Positions 47,678 through 58,639 of a stretch of DNA of 64,000 bases are shown piece after piece. Positions within the stretch are counted from its first letter, which is position 1, and the number at the start of each line of letters is the position of its first letter. The position numbers and the translations under genes were made by a program. Source of the stretch: Sulfurovaceae bacterium (GTDB taxonomy: Bacteria; Campylobacterota; Campylobacteria; Campylobacterales; Sulfurovaceae). The stretch covers positions 54,666 to 118,665 of the forward strand of contig CAWCLM010000004.1 in NCBI GenBank assembly GCA_963796395.1, in the 5' to 3' direction. Below the pieces are notes generated by a model. It was given only the letters and a program-made list of their open reading frames with translations, was not told the origin of the DNA and made no database searches.

Positions 47678-48664
47678 TTGAAATTTTTTAACCTACTTTT
47701 ACTTACGCTACTTCTTCCATTTTTTCTGATGGCTAACGATGACCGTCCTCCAATTTCTTATGATTTTCTCGCTAAAAAAGAGGTCAAGAAGTTCATCGAT
47801 ATGATGGTCAAAAAACATGACTTCAAACGCTCCTATGTTACCGAGGTACTACGTTCTGCAAAACTTGATCGTGACACCCTAAATCGATATACGGGCAAAT
47901 ATAAAGTAGGAACCACCAATGGTCCATGGGAACGATACAAAGCACATGTACTTGACCCTATCACTCTTGAAAAAGCCAAAAAATTCAAAAAGAGATACTA
48001 CAAAACACTTTTAAAAGCCAGCAAAGAATATAAGGTAGATATGGGATACATCGTCGGATTTATAGCTGTAGAAAGTAAATTTGGAGAGTATAGCGGTGAT
48101 TACAATGTACTTGATGCATTGACTACCCTCGCCTTTCACAAGAACCGTATGAAGAAGTTTTTTAAGTCTGAGCTTGAACATCTCTTTATCATGGCTAGAA
48201 AACAGGGTTATGATATCAAAGAGCTTGAAGGCTCTTTTGCAGGGGCAATGGGTATTGTTCAGCAGACGCCATCTCATTTCCTAAAATTCGGAATGGATTA
48301 CAATGGTGATGGAAAGAAAGATCCATGGGACTTGGAAGATGGCATAGGGATCATTGCAAGGTTCATGCATAAGAACGGTTGGAAAAAAGGGGCGCAGGTT
48401 GCTGTACCGACAAAATTTAAAGGAAAGCGCTATACAAAGCTCAAAGCAAGTCATAGACGAACCATACCATTAAAAACCATCCTAAGGCACGGTATTACCC
48501 CTTTAGAGCCTTTTAAAGAGTCTAAAGCATACTTACTCAAGAACCGTAATCTTACCCATGATGATATCTGGCTGGGAGCAAAAAACTTTCGTGTACTCAC
48601 ACGCTACAACAATTCAACAAGCTATGGCATGGCCATACATCTCATCTCTGAGGCTGTTAAGTAA
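47678..48664 (+). CDS. mltB: lytic murein transglycosylase B-like
   Basis: 328 aa with a TTG start, TAAGG RBS and signal peptide. It has the catalytic E in ..AVESKFG.. and GAMGIVQQTPSHF. Confidence 0.8.
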   Translation: MKFFNLLLLTLLLPFFLMANDDRPPISYDFLAKKEVKKFIDMMVKKHDFKRSYVTEVLRSAKLDRDTLNRYTGKYKVGTTNGPWERYKAHVLDPITLEKAKKFKKRYYKTLLKASKEYKVDMGYIVGFIAVESKFGEYSGDYNVLDALTTLAFHKNRMKKFFKSELEHLFIMARKQGYDIKELEGSFAGAMGIVQQTPSHFLKFGMDYNGDGKKDPWDLEDGIGIIARFMHKNGWKKGAQVAVPTKFKGKRYTKLKASHRRTIPLKTILRHGITPLEPFKESKAYLLKNRNLTHDDIWLGAKNFRVLTRYNNSTSYGMAIHLISEAVK

Positions 48665-50510
48665 AGATATATTTCTTCTCAAATGAAATGAGAGGCATGG
48701 GCTTTTCAAAGTAAAAGCCCTGAAATACATCACAATCTATCCTGTTTAGGAAAGAGAGTTGTTCAAATGTTTCGACCCCTTCAGCTACAATATTCAGATC
48801 AAAATTCTTAGCTATGGAGATAATGGTCGAAATCATCTTCTTGTCGTTCTTACTGTCACTCAAACGCGCTATAAATGACTTGTCTATCTTGACTTCATCT
48901 ATAGGCAGTACTTTTAAATAACTGAGTGAAGAGTACCCTGTACCAAAATCATCAATGGAAAATGAAATACCAAGTTTCTTTAAACTGTTCATGATCATGA
49001 CAACCTTTTTCATATCTTCAGCAAATACATGCTCAGTGATCTCAAAAAATATCTTTTGTCCATGCTCTCTTTTTGGAAAATAGATCTTCATGAGTTGAGC
49101 CACTTCATCAACAAATGTATCACATAGCAGTTGACGCATACTGACATTCACAGAAAAAGATTTTAATTTCAACCCTTTTGCATTCCATCTAGATACACTC
49201 TCAAATGTCTCTTTTAACACATAGCTGCCAAGCTCAAGTATCAATCCTGTATTTTCGGCAATAGGTATAAACTCTTCAGGGTTAAGTATGCCCAGATCAT
49301 AATCATACCATCTGATGAGAGATTCACAACCGACCACCAGTTCATTTTTATCAAATTGCGGCTGATAATAGATGTTTATTTTCTTTTCTTTCAGTGCATG
49401 ATGAAGTTTCTGTTCTATAAGAAGATGTCTTTCAACCCTTTGAGCAAGATCTTTATTAAAAATGATCACACCATCTCTTCCTTGAGATTTTGCCTCATAC
49501 ATAGCAATGTCTACTTCTCTAATGAAATTTGTAGTAAAGTTGAATGAAGGATTGATCTGATGTACACCGATACTTGCACTGATATGCAGGTGATGCCCAT
49601 CAATGTCATACGGTTGTCGAATCACATTAAGTAGATCCTCTGCAAAAACACACCCTGGATCATCTTTAAACTCTTTATTGCTTAACTCTTTACTTACAAG
49701 GATAAACTCATCACCACCCAGACGTGCCACCATATGAGTATCTTTCACATAATTTTCAATACGCTGGGAAACCTCTATCAATAACTTGTCACCAACATCA
49801 TGTCCCAAAGAGTCATTAATGGTTTTAAAATGATCCAGGTCAATGAGGAACATACATGCCGTTTTATGACTCTCAGCCAATCTTTCATTCAAGGATTCCA
49901 TATACTCCATGAAATATCTTCGGTTATAAAGTCCTGTCAATATATCATGCTGCGCTTGTGAATAATTCTCTTGAAGCAAGCGGTTTGTATTAAATGAGGC
50001 ATACAATAAAACTGCCAAAAATATGACAGAAAAAATAGCAAGAACATACCCGTACCATATACCAATAAGCGAAAAGTAGATGGTCAAAGGTAACATGAGC
50101 GTAATTAAAATAGGCACAAATAATTTTTTATCGGAGATAAGCAGTGTCGATGCTACAACGGAAGCACCCAACTGAGTAAAGATAGCTATATAATGTAGAT
50201 CATATTGATTATGCCCAACATACATCACAAAGATCAAAGACCAGGAAGAGAAAATAATATACATGAACCACGTGAGTTTCTTGTACCATACCCTTAAATC
50301 TTCTTCATCCATTTTACGTGTGGAAAACTCTTTATACAGTCTCCATCCGTATACTGAAGTAGCCAACATAATACCATACCATATGAGTGCAGGAAGGAGG
50401 ATATTAAAGATCGAACCTACAATAACATATACAAGACCAGGAATAAGGGAGAGACCCATCATCACCAGGATCTGTTTCTGAAGAAATGTATAGTATTTTT
50501 GATGTTTCAT
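48657..50510 (-). CDS. membrane-bound GGDEF-EAL protein (c-di-GMP turnover)
   Basis: 617 aa with ~6 N-terminal TM helices, a GGDEF domain (RLGGDEFILV) and an EAL domain (ESLIRW, EITEH, DDFGTGYSS). Confidence 0.9.
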   Translation of the reverse strand: MKHQKYYTFLQKQILVMMGLSLIPGLVYVIVGSIFNILLPALIWYGIMLATSVYGWRLYKEFSTRKMDEEDLRVWYKKLTWFMYIIFSSWSLIFVMYVGHNQYDLHYIAIFTQLGASVVASTLLISDKKLFVPILITLMLPLTIYFSLIGIWYGYVLAIFSVIFLAVLLYASFNTNRLLQENYSQAQHDILTGLYNRRYFMEYMESLNERLAESHKTACMFLIDLDHFKTINDSLGHDVGDKLLIEVSQRIENYVKDTHMVARLGGDEFILVSKELSNKEFKDDPGCVFAEDLLNVIRQPYDIDGHHLHISASIGVHQINPSFNFTTNFIREVDIAMYEAKSQGRDGVIIFNKDLAQRVERHLLIEQKLHHALKEKKINIYYQPQFDKNELVVGCESLIRWYDYDLGILNPEEFIPIAENTGLILELGSYVLKETFESVSRWNAKGLKLKSFSVNVSMRQLLCDTFVDEVAQLMKIYFPKREHGQKIFFEITEHVFAEDMKKVVMIMNSLKKLGISFSIDDFGTGYSSLSYLKVLPIDEVKIDKSFIARLSDSKNDKKMISTIISIAKNFDLNIVAEGVETFEQLSFLNRIDCDVFQGFYFEKPMPLISFEKKYIFT

Positions 50511-50564
50511 ACAATTATTATATACTAATTTTTGATATTTATATCATAAATATGGGCTTTGAAC

Positions 50565-50939
50565 CTAATCCTCAAAAATTATAATATCATATGAACTTTT
50601 CGTAACCAATGCTTTACTTGAATGGACAGAACCATTGCGATTTACTTTGCTTAGCTCTTCGCGCAATTGGTCTATCTCTGCTTGCATTTCATCTATTTGC
50701 TCTTTAAGCTGAAGCACAATGTCAACCCCGGCAAGGTTCACACCCATCTGACGCGTTAAACGCAAAATAAGTTTCATACGTTCGATATCACGCTGAGAAT
50801 AAAGACGCATACGGCCCTGCGTACGTGAAGGTTCAACCAACCCTTCACGTTCGTACTGTCTGAGTGTCTGGGGGTGTATATCCAACATTGTAGCTACCAC
50901 TGAGATAAGGTAAACAGGTTCGTCATAACTATGCATCAT
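50565..50939 (-). CDS. hspR: MerR-family heat shock repressor HspR
   Basis: 124 aa with HTH ..YLISVVATMLDIHPQTLRQYEREGL.. It lies immediately downstream of cbpA, as in Helicobacter and Campylobacter. Confidence 0.85.
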   Translation of the reverse strand: MMHSYDEPVYLISVVATMLDIHPQTLRQYEREGLVEPSRTQGRMRLYSQRDIERMKLILRLTRQMGVNLAGVDIVLQLKEQIDEMQAEIDQLREELSKVNRNGSVHSSKALVTKSSYDIIIFED

Positions 50940-50965
50940 TATTCCTTTTTAAAAATTTCTTCTCG

Positions 50966-51823
50966 CTAAAGCTTAGCTTCTATCATCGCTTTAAGTTCAC
51001 TATCCAATGTATCTACATCTGGTAAGACCACATTGGCAACAAGATACAAGTCACCTTTCATTGCGGTCTTTCTATCAGCAACACCCTTTCCTTTAAGTCT
51101 GAACTTTTGACCATTCTTCGTATTTTGTGGTACTTTCAGAGAGACCTCTTTTTCAGGTGTCTCTACAGATATCTTACCTCCAAAGAGCGCTTCCTTTAAA
51201 GGCACATCAAATGTTTTGTAAAGATTGTCACCTTTTCTTTCATATTCGTCCGATGCTGCGACCTCTACTTGTATAAGCAGATCACCTGAGTGCCCCTGAT
51301 ATTGTTTACCTTTACCGCGAACACGCATGGTTTCACCAGTTTTGATCCCTGCAGGTATCTTGATATCAAAATTCTGCCCATTCGCAGATACATTATGTTT
51401 TCCACCATTAACAGCTACCATGAAAGGTACAGTGATACGTGCCTGTAGATCAAGGTCTGGACCGCCAAAGCCGCCAAAGCCGCCTCCTGCACCACCGAAG
51501 CCTCCGCTAAAGCCTCCACCGCCACCACCGAACATTTGTCTGAGTATCTCATCGAGATCTACACCTCCACCCTGTCCTTGTGCAAAGTCATGGAAATTTT
51601 GTCCACCGAACATCTGATCACCAAATTGATCATATTGTGCTTTTTTATCTGGATCGGAGAGTACTTCGTACGCAGCATTGATCTCTTTAAATTTCTCTAC
51701 AGCACTCTCTTCTTTATTAATATCAGGGTGGTATTTTCTTGCGAGTTTTCTATAAGATTTTTTAATTTCATCGGCAGAAGCATTTTCGCTTACACCAAGT
51801 GTTTCATATAAACTTTTTGACAT
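50966..51823 (-). CDS. cbpA: DnaJ-like co-chaperone / curved DNA-binding protein CbpA
   Basis: 285 aa with a J domain containing HPD (YHPDINKE), a G/F-rich region and a C-terminal substrate-binding domain. There is no zinc finger. Confidence 0.85.
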   Translation of the reverse strand: MSKSLYETLGVSENASADEIKKSYRKLARKYHPDINKEESAVEKFKEINAAYEVLSDPDKKAQYDQFGDQMFGGQNFHDFAQGQGGGVDLDEILRQMFGGGGGGFSGGFGGAGGGFGGFGGPDLDLQARITVPFMVAVNGGKHNVSANGQNFDIKIPAGIKTGETMRVRGKGKQYQGHSGDLLIQVEVAASDEYERKGDNLYKTFDVPLKEALFGGKISVETPEKEVSLKVPQNTKNGQKFRLKGKGVADRKTAMKGDLYLVANVVLPDVDTLDSELKAMIEAKL

Positions 51824-51874
51824 AGTATTCCTAAAATAATTTGTTTCTTTAAATTTAAAAAATTATATCAGAAA

Positions 51875-51898
51875 AGTTTAGTCAATGTCAATCAAGTT
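51875..51898 (-). promoter_or_regulatory. candidate HspR operator (HAIR-like)
   Basis: The minus strand reads CTTGATT-GACATTG-ACTAAAC. This matches 11 of 14 positions of the HAIR consensus CTTGAGT-N7-ACTCAAG, 52-75 nt upstream of the cbpA start. Confidence 0.35.
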
Positions 51899-51906
51899 AT
51901 AGAAGA

Positions 51907-52302
51907 TTATTGTTTATATGGTACTGTTTTATAGCCTTCATATATCATTTTCATGATCCCGCCTTTGAGATTGGTGACCTTGTAGCCTAGTCTTTCTGAC
52001 AAAAATTCTGAAACCATACCAGTTCGACTGCCTACTCTACATATGAGTGCAAATGGCTCATCTTTTTTTACAACCATGTCTAATTGTCTTAAAAATATCT
52101 CTAAATTAAAATTCCCTTTTTCATCAAAGAACATAATGGTGTAAGAACCTTTTACAATCCCTGTTTCTCTCCACTCAGCAGGTGTACGTATATCGATGAT
52201 CTTCATATTTTTTTCAACGAACTGTGGTGTCGCCCAAACTTGAGTTAACTCTGCCATCAAAGATGATACGGTAAACAATAGTGCAATAAATATTTTTTTC
52301 AT
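51907..52302 (-). CDS. periplasmic rhodanese-domain protein
   Basis: 131 aa with a signal peptide and the active-site loop CRVGSRT. Confidence 0.75.
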   Translation of the reverse strand: MKKIFIALLFTVSSLMAELTQVWATPQFVEKNMKIIDIRTPAEWRETGIVKGSYTIMFFDEKGNFNLEIFLRQLDMVVKKDEPFALICRVGSRTGMVSEFLSERLGYKVTNLKGGIMKMIYEGYKTVPYKQ

Positions 52303-52407
52303 CTATTTTCCTTATATTTATTATAATATAATGTATTAACTTTATTGTATTGTAACAAAAAAAAGTAAAGTAACCGTGGATTTCATCCCCTTTGAGTACA
52401 ATACTTT

Positions 52408-53190
52408 ATGAATTTTATACATATCACTGACATTAATTTACCTGAATTAAATATTTACCATCAGTTTCGGGACAATGCATTTACATCTGATAACAGCTTC
52501 GTAGCCGATAGTCCCAAAGTAGTGAACCTACTGCTTGAAACAGATATCACGGTAAGAAGTATACTTGCGACTCAAGAGTATTATGATACTTACGAATATC
52601 TTATCAATGAGAAAGATATCCCTAAACTATTTGTCGCAAGCAAAGCACTGATGCAAGAGATCGTAGGGCATAAAATACACCATAATGTGATGATGCATGG
52701 CACACGTCCGGAACATACACCACTCGATGGTCTTGATGACCAGATCATTATGCTTGATGAGATAAGCTCTACACAAAACATAGGTTCCATAGCACGTTCT
52801 GCTGCTGCAATAGGCATCAACTCATACCTTCTTCCTAGCCATGGACCACACCCCTACTCAAGACGTGCACTCAGAGTTTCTATGGGGCATATCAGTATGC
52901 TCAAGACACATCAATATAACGATATCGAAGAAACCATTCTTACACTAAAAGAGAACGGCTATCATATCTATGCAGCAGAAGTGACTTCTGACTCCACACC
53001 TTTGGCAGCTGTAAAGGTAACAGGAAAATGGGTACTGTTGATGGGACACGAAGGTACAGGATTATCAAAAGAGGTACTGGATCTATGTGATGAAGTGGTC
53101 ACTATAGAGATGATGGAAGGTGTAAAAAGTTTTAATGTAGGTGTGGCAGCTTCTATTATGATGTATCAGTTTAAACATAAAGGAAACTAG
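52408..53190 (+). CDS. TrmH/SpoU family RNA 2'-O-methyltransferase
   Basis: 260 aa with SPOUT motifs ..NIGSIARSAAA.., ..LLMGHEGTGLS.. and ..SFNVGVAASIMMY... Confidence 0.8.
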   Translation: MNFIHITDINLPELNIYHQFRDNAFTSDNSFVADSPKVVNLLLETDITVRSILATQEYYDTYEYLINEKDIPKLFVASKALMQEIVGHKIHHNVMMHGTRPEHTPLDGLDDQIIMLDEISSTQNIGSIARSAAAIGINSYLLPSHGPHPYSRRALRVSMGHISMLKTHQYNDIEETILTLKENGYHIYAAEVTSDSTPLAAVKVTGKWVLLMGHEGTGLSKEVLDLCDEVVTIEMMEGVKSFNVGVAASIMMYQFKHKGN

Positions 53191-53233
53191 AAGCATCGAA
53201 GGCTTGACAAACCCGAGGATTTGTAAGAAAATT

Positions 53234-54766
53234 TTAATGTAAGAAGTGTCTTACTGTTGTAAAGTAAAGTGAGATGCCATGCTCGTTGGCAGCTTCGATA
53301 ACCTCATCATCACGGATAGAACCACCAGGTTCAATGATCGCTTTTACACCCGCTGCTGCTGCCGCATCGATACTGTCACGGAACGGGAAGAATGCTTCAG
53401 ACGCCATAGCTGCACCAGATACATCCAGATCCATCTCTTTAGCTTTTTTAAGCGCACACTGCGCAGCGTCTACACGGCTTGTCATACCCATACCTACTGC
53501 TACCATTGCAGAGTCTTTTACATATACCACACAGTTAGATTTTGTAAGACCCGCTACTTTCCAGGCGATCTCCAGATCTTTCATCTCTTGCGCTGTTGCA
53601 GTAAGTTCTGATTTCTTCTGTGCATTATGTACTTCATTGTCACAGATACAGTCTGCATTCTGGTAGACAAATCCACCATCCACATGTTTAAAGTCATGGC
53701 TGTCTTCTGACATTACCAGTTTCGTGCCACCTTGTGAAAAGAGTTTAAGACGTTTTTTCTTCTCAAATACTTCCAATGCTTCTGCATCAAAATCTGCTGC
53801 CATAACCACTTCCAAAAAGATCTCATTCATCTTCTCAGCAAGCTCTTTCGTTACCACACCATTTACAGCAACCACACCACCAAATGCAGAGACAGGATCA
53901 CATTTAAGTGCCTCAGTATATGACGCTAAGAGTGACTCTTTAATCGCAAATCCACAAGGGTTACCATGTTTTACGATACACACTGCATTTTCATCACCGA
54001 AGCTTGAAGCGATCTTTAATGCTCCATTTACATCGTTAATGTTGTTAAAACTTGCTTCACCTTTCACCTGCTTAAAGTTATTTGTAAAGTGATTATCAAA
54101 CTCATACAACGCACCTTTTTGGTGTGGATTCTCTCCATAACGTGTTTGGAACGATTTTTTACCTGTAATGAACTGATACTCACCAAAACCATCATTGAAA
54201 CGACCATTCATATAGTTTGCGATCATTGCGTCATATGCAGCTGTATGCTCATATGCTTTTATCATCATATCTCTTCTGAACTCTACCGTGTTTGTATCGT
54301 TTTTCAAGTTATTTAGCACTGTGTCATAGTCTGCTACATCAGTCACAATGATCACAGAGTCAAAGTTTTTCGCAGCACTTCTCACCATAGCAGGACCACC
54401 AATATCGATGTTCTCGATGATCTCTTCAAAATCATCAGTCTTCTCGATCGTTGCTTTAAATGGATAAAGATTCACACATACAAGATCAATGCCTTCAACA
54501 CCGAGTTCTTTTGCCTGGTCCAAGTGAGACTGTTTATCTCTTCTGTGCAAGATGCCACCGTGGATATAGGGGTTAAGTGTCTTCACTCTTCCCTCAAAGC
54601 ACTCAGGAAACTTTGTGACTTCATTTGCTTCGATCACTGCAATACCTGCATCTTGAAGTTTCTTATATGTACCACCCGTTGAAATGATCTCATACCCTAA
54701 CGCTACCAACTCTTTGGCAAAATTCTCTACACCGCTCTTGTCACTCACTGATATTAGTGCTCTCAT
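53234..54766 (-). CDS. purH: bifunctional AICAR formyltransferase / IMP cyclohydrolase
   Basis: 510 aa with N-terminal [15 protein letters not shown] and the C-terminal ..FTTVRHFLH signature. Confidence 0.95.
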   Translation of the reverse strand: MRALISVSDKSGVENFAKELVALGYEIISTGGTYKKLQDAGIAVIEANEVTKFPECFEGRVKTLNPYIHGGILHRRDKQSHLDQAKELGVEGIDLVCVNLYPFKATIEKTDDFEEIIENIDIGGPAMVRSAAKNFDSVIIVTDVADYDTVLNNLKNDTNTVEFRRDMMIKAYEHTAAYDAMIANYMNGRFNDGFGEYQFITGKKSFQTRYGENPHQKGALYEFDNHFTNNFKQVKGEASFNNINDVNGALKIASSFGDENAVCIVKHGNPCGFAIKESLLASYTEALKCDPVSAFGGVVAVNGVVTKELAEKMNEIFLEVVMAADFDAEALEVFEKKKRLKLFSQGGTKLVMSEDSHDFKHVDGGFVYQNADCICDNEVHNAQKKSELTATAQEMKDLEIAWKVAGLTKSNCVVYVKDSAMVAVGMGMTSRVDAAQCALKKAKEMDLDVSGAAMASEAFFPFRDSIDAAAAAGVKAIIEPGGSIRDDEVIEAANEHGISLYFTTVRHFLH

Positions 54767-54798
54767 TATTCTCTCTTTCTCAATAATTAATAATAAAT

Positions 54799-54852
54799 GT
54801 TACGGCGAACGCCCTTGAAAGCGAAGCGTTTCGAGAGCCGTAACGCTTTTTT
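54799..54852. terminator. GC-rich hairpin with T6 tract in the purL-purH spacer (terminator-like, orientation ambiguous)
   Basis: The outer stem GTTACGGC/GCCGTAAC (54799-54806 / 54837-54844) encloses an imperfect inner stem. T6 follows at 54847-54852 on the + strand and an A/T-rich tract follows on the - strand. A second AT hairpin lies at 54855-54876. Confidence 0.45.
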
Positions 54853-54910
54853 GCCTACTTTTTATAAAAAAAGTAGAAAGAAACCCTGAACTAAAATAGA
54901 AATCTAAGTT

Positions 54911-57133
54911 CTACAGATCCTGCTCGATCGTACGAGCAAACGTATTAAAGTAAACATCCTTCACTTTCTCCAAAGAAAGTTCCACATCATTTACTTTTAC
55001 ACTCTCTCCACCAACTGTACCGATATCCGTTATTTTAATACCTAAATCCATTGCCATACGAACCACTGCTTCTACATTTTCAGAAGCAACTTCTAAAAGT
55101 GCTCTGCTTTGTGACTCATCAAAAATATTCTTACTGTCATCTAAAGCAACTTCAGCTGAAACACCTTTGTTTGAAACAGCAGCCATTTTAGAGAGTGCTA
55201 TCGCGATACCACCCACATTCACATCTTTAGCGGACTTTAAAAGTCCTTTTTTGTTTGCTTCGATCACAAGCTCCCAAAGTGCAAGTTCGGCTTTATAGTC
55301 AAATGTCGGTAAAGTACCGGCTGTTTCACCATGAAGTGCTTTGATATACAGTGAACCGCCAAACTCACCTTTAGTTTCACCCACAAGAAGAACTTGGCTT
55401 CCCTCTTCCTGGAATGAAGAAGGTAGTACCTTGTTCTCATCATCATTCAAACCTACCATTGCTATAGCAGGTGTAGGGAATACAGAGATACCATTTGTTT
55501 CATTGTAAAGTGATACGTTACCACTTACCACAGGTGTATTTAGTTCCAAGCATGCCTCTTTGATACCTTCACACCCTTGTGCAAACTGCCACATTACTTC
55601 TGGGTTTTCCGGGTTACCATAGTTGAGACAATCTGTAATAGAAAGTGGTCTAGCCCCAGACATTGCAACATTACGCCCAGATTCAACTACTGCAAGCGCT
55701 GCACCTTTTTTAGGGTCTATGTAACAGTAACGAGGGTTACAATCAGAACTCATAGATAAAGCTTTACCATTCTCTTTAATACGGATACTAGAAGCATCCA
55801 AGCTTCCCGGAGCTTTAGTCGTGTTGGTTTGTACCATAGAGTCATACTGGTTATATACCCATGCTTTATCTGAGATCTCAATGTTAGAAAGCAGTGTTTC
55901 ATACGCTTCTTGATCTTCTACTGTTGGATAACTCTCTACTGATTTAGCATTCACTTCATCCAAATACTCAGGTCTTGCTACAGGTCTGTCAAGTACCGGT
56001 GCTTCTTCACTCACTGGTGCGATAGGCATATCAGCACACTTTTCACCATGCCACATTAATTCCATACGTGCAGTATCTGTCACTTCGCCGATCACAGCAA
56101 CATCCAGTTCCCATTTTTCAAAAATATCAATGATCGCTTGCTCACTACCTTTCTTTGCACAGATAAGCATACGCTCTTGTGATTCAGAAAGCATGAAGTC
56201 ATAAGGCATCATCCCCTCTTCTCTTGCTGGAACTTTGTCTAAGTGCATAATGAGCCCTGCACCTGTTTTTCCAGCCATTTCAAATGCGGAAGAAGTCAAT
56301 CCTGCCGCACCCATATCTTGGATACCCACGACATGGTCTGTCTTGAAAAGCTCTAGACACGCTTCAAGAAGCAGTTTTTCAGTAAATGGATCTCCAACCT
56401 GTACTGTTGGACGAAGTGATTTAGATTCTTCAGTAAAGCTGTCTGAACTCATGACCGCTCCACCAAGACCATCACGACCTGTCTTTGAACCTACATACAT
56501 CACAGAGTTACCTATACCTGAGGCAACACCCAAAAATATCTCATCAGATTTTACCAATCCAAGAGAGAATGCATTTACAAGGATATTTCCATTATAACTT
56601 TCATCAAAACTTACTTCACCACCAATAGTAGGTACACCCATACAGTTACCATAAGATCCGATACCATCAACAACACCGCGAACAAGATGTCTTTGGTATT
56701 TCGCTACATCATCATCACCTTTTACTGTACCAAAACGTAAAGCATTGAGGTTTGCTACAGGTCTTGCACCCATGGTAAAGATATCTCTGAGTATTCCCCC
56801 AACACCTGTCGCAGCACCTTGAAAAGGTTCAATGAATGACGGGTGGTTATGACTTTCCATTTTGAACACAGCTGCCATACCGTCACCTATATCAATAACA
56901 CCTGCATTTTCACCCGGTCCCTGAATGACCCATGGTGCTTCAGTTGGAAAACCTCTAAGGTATTTTGTACTTGATTTGTATGAACAGTGTTCAGACCACA
57001 TTGCAGAGAAGATACCTATCTCCACGATATTTGGATGACGACCGTCCAAGATACGCAGGATATCTTCATACTCTTCTTTGCTAAGTTTGTGATTTTTTAA
57101 AACTTCATCTAAATCTTCAATAGGTTGTGACAT
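54911..57133 (-). CDS. purL: phosphoribosylformylglycinamidine synthase subunit PurL
   Basis: 740 aa with the FGAM synthase II pattern (..[10 protein letters not shown].., ..ESHNHPS.., duplicated AIRS-like domains). Confidence 0.95.
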   Translation of the reverse strand: MSQPIEDLDEVLKNHKLSKEEYEDILRILDGRHPNIVEIGIFSAMWSEHCSYKSSTKYLRGFPTEAPWVIQGPGENAGVIDIGDGMAAVFKMESHNHPSFIEPFQGAATGVGGILRDIFTMGARPVANLNALRFGTVKGDDDVAKYQRHLVRGVVDGIGSYGNCMGVPTIGGEVSFDESYNGNILVNAFSLGLVKSDEIFLGVASGIGNSVMYVGSKTGRDGLGGAVMSSDSFTEESKSLRPTVQVGDPFTEKLLLEACLELFKTDHVVGIQDMGAAGLTSSAFEMAGKTGAGLIMHLDKVPAREEGMMPYDFMLSESQERMLICAKKGSEQAIIDIFEKWELDVAVIGEVTDTARMELMWHGEKCADMPIAPVSEEAPVLDRPVARPEYLDEVNAKSVESYPTVEDQEAYETLLSNIEISDKAWVYNQYDSMVQTNTTKAPGSLDASSIRIKENGKALSMSSDCNPRYCYIDPKKGAALAVVESGRNVAMSGARPLSITDCLNYGNPENPEVMWQFAQGCEGIKEACLELNTPVVSGNVSLYNETNGISVFPTPAIAMVGLNDDENKVLPSSFQEEGSQVLLVGETKGEFGGSLYIKALHGETAGTLPTFDYKAELALWELVIEANKKGLLKSAKDVNVGGIAIALSKMAAVSNKGVSAEVALDDSKNIFDESQSRALLEVASENVEAVVRMAMDLGIKITDIGTVGGESVKVNDVELSLEKVKDVYFNTFARTIEQDL

Positions 57134-57259
57134 ATAGTGCGTCCTTTAGGGCAGTAAAATAAGAGCTATATTTTACTCAAAAAGTACTAAATAAAGGTTG
57201 AAATTAGTATATCATGGATCTTATAGTTTTGAGGGTTACTCCAGCTAAAAAGATAGAAC

Positions 57260-58621
57260 TTAATGCAATAGATCTAAGCTGGATTCACTTAAAGTAGGAT
57301 GAGCAAAAATCATTTTCTCAAGAGCATTAAGCGTGAGATTTGCGTTAATCGCAATTAAAAACTGATGTATCAGTTCTGTTGCATCATTACCAATGATACT
57401 TGCTCCCAAGATCAAAGATGTTTCTTCATCATAGAGTACTTTGATAAATCCACTGTCATCACCTTTGATCTTGGCTTTGGCGTTACTTTTAAAGAAGAGT
57501 TTTTTATTTTTAAACTTGATACCATTCTCTTTTAACACTTTTTCACTCTTTCCAATACTTGCGATCTGTGGTGTACAAAAAGTAACCGAAGGAAAAATAT
57601 ACTCAGCAGGGAAACGCTCTTTCTCAAGAATATGTTGCGCTACGCGTTTTGCTTCATAGTACGCTACATGAGCTAAAGCTGGGCTCTTTAGCACATCACC
57701 AATGGCATAGATGTTACTATAGTTTGTGGTTTGCAGATTCTCATTGACTTCTATAAACCCTCTATCATTTTCAATGCCAGCTCTTTCGAGTTCAAGTCTA
57801 GAAGTATTAGGAATCCTACCAATAGAGATCAGTACTTTTTCAAACGTATGTGTTTCAACTTTTTTACCTGTATCAATCGTTACTTCTACCCCATTTTCAA
57901 CAACATTGTACTCTGTGACATTGGCCTTCACATCAATTTTAATACCTTTTTTCTCAAACTCACGTTTAAGTGTTCGGGCAACATCATCATCTTCATGAGG
58001 TACTAGTTTTGGCATGAACTCTGCAATATGTACTTTAGAGCCTAGCGCATTGAAAAATGAAGCAAACTCAGATCCAATAGCACCTCCACCAATAACAAGA
58101 ATAGACTCTGGAATCGTCTGTAGCTTAAATACTTCTCTACTAGAAATGATCGTCTCACCTTCAAGTTTCATCAATGGATGATCTCTGTGAGATGAACCCG
58201 ATGCTATAACTATATTTTCTGCAGTGATTGTTTTATCTTGCTTAGCTAGCTGGATAGTATGATCATCTACAAAACTTGCAGTGTCATATTCAATAGACAC
58301 TTTGCCTTTTTTGAGTTTATTAAATACACCCACTTTTAGATCTTGTATAAGGCAATGCGTTGAGGCTTGAAGTGTGATCATATCAAGAGTACTTTTTGAA
58401 TGCGTTACGCCACATGTCTTAAAATACGCCTCTTTTTTTATATAAGCAGAAGTCTCTAAAAAGTTTTTGGCAGGTACACACCCTTCATTAAGGCAGGTAC
58501 CACCAACACTCTCTTCACCTTTTTCAATGACACAAACAGATTTACCGCCCTCACCTAAAAGTGAAGCGACTTCATAACCTGCAGGTCCTGCACCGATAAC
58601 TATTACATCAAAATCATACAT
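57260..58621 (-). CDS. lpdA: dihydrolipoyl dehydrogenase (E3 / L-protein)
   Basis: 453 aa with FAD motif GAGPAGY, redox-active disulfide GGTCLNEGCVPAK and C-terminal HPTLSE. Confidence 0.85.
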   Translation of the reverse strand: MYDFDVIVIGAGPAGYEVASLLGEGGKSVCVIEKGEESVGGTCLNEGCVPAKNFLETSAYIKKEAYFKTCGVTHSKSTLDMITLQASTHCLIQDLKVGVFNKLKKGKVSIEYDTASFVDDHTIQLAKQDKTITAENIVIASGSSHRDHPLMKLEGETIISSREVFKLQTIPESILVIGGGAIGSEFASFFNALGSKVHIAEFMPKLVPHEDDDVARTLKREFEKKGIKIDVKANVTEYNVVENGVEVTIDTGKKVETHTFEKVLISIGRIPNTSRLELERAGIENDRGFIEVNENLQTTNYSNIYAIGDVLKSPALAHVAYYEAKRVAQHILEKERFPAEYIFPSVTFCTPQIASIGKSEKVLKENGIKFKNKKLFFKSNAKAKIKGDDSGFIKVLYDEETSLILGASIIGNDATELIHQFLIAINANLTLNALEKMIFAHPTLSESSLDLLH

Positions 58622-58639
58622 ACGTTTCCTTTTTACTAT

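Noticed and set aside
51440-51545. GC-rich repetitive DNA (GCC GCC AAA GCC.. on the plus strand) inside cbpA.
   Set aside because: It encodes the Gly/Phe-rich linker ([22 protein letters not shown]) that is a normal feature of DnaJ/CbpA proteins. It is not an independent repeat element.
54767-54910. A ZTP (pfl) riboswitch in the purH leader.
   Set aside because: I looked for the conserved GGGUCGUGAC.. and ..CCGCCUGGGC elements on the minus strand and did not find them. The GC-rich hairpin does not fit the two-subdomain ZTP architecture.
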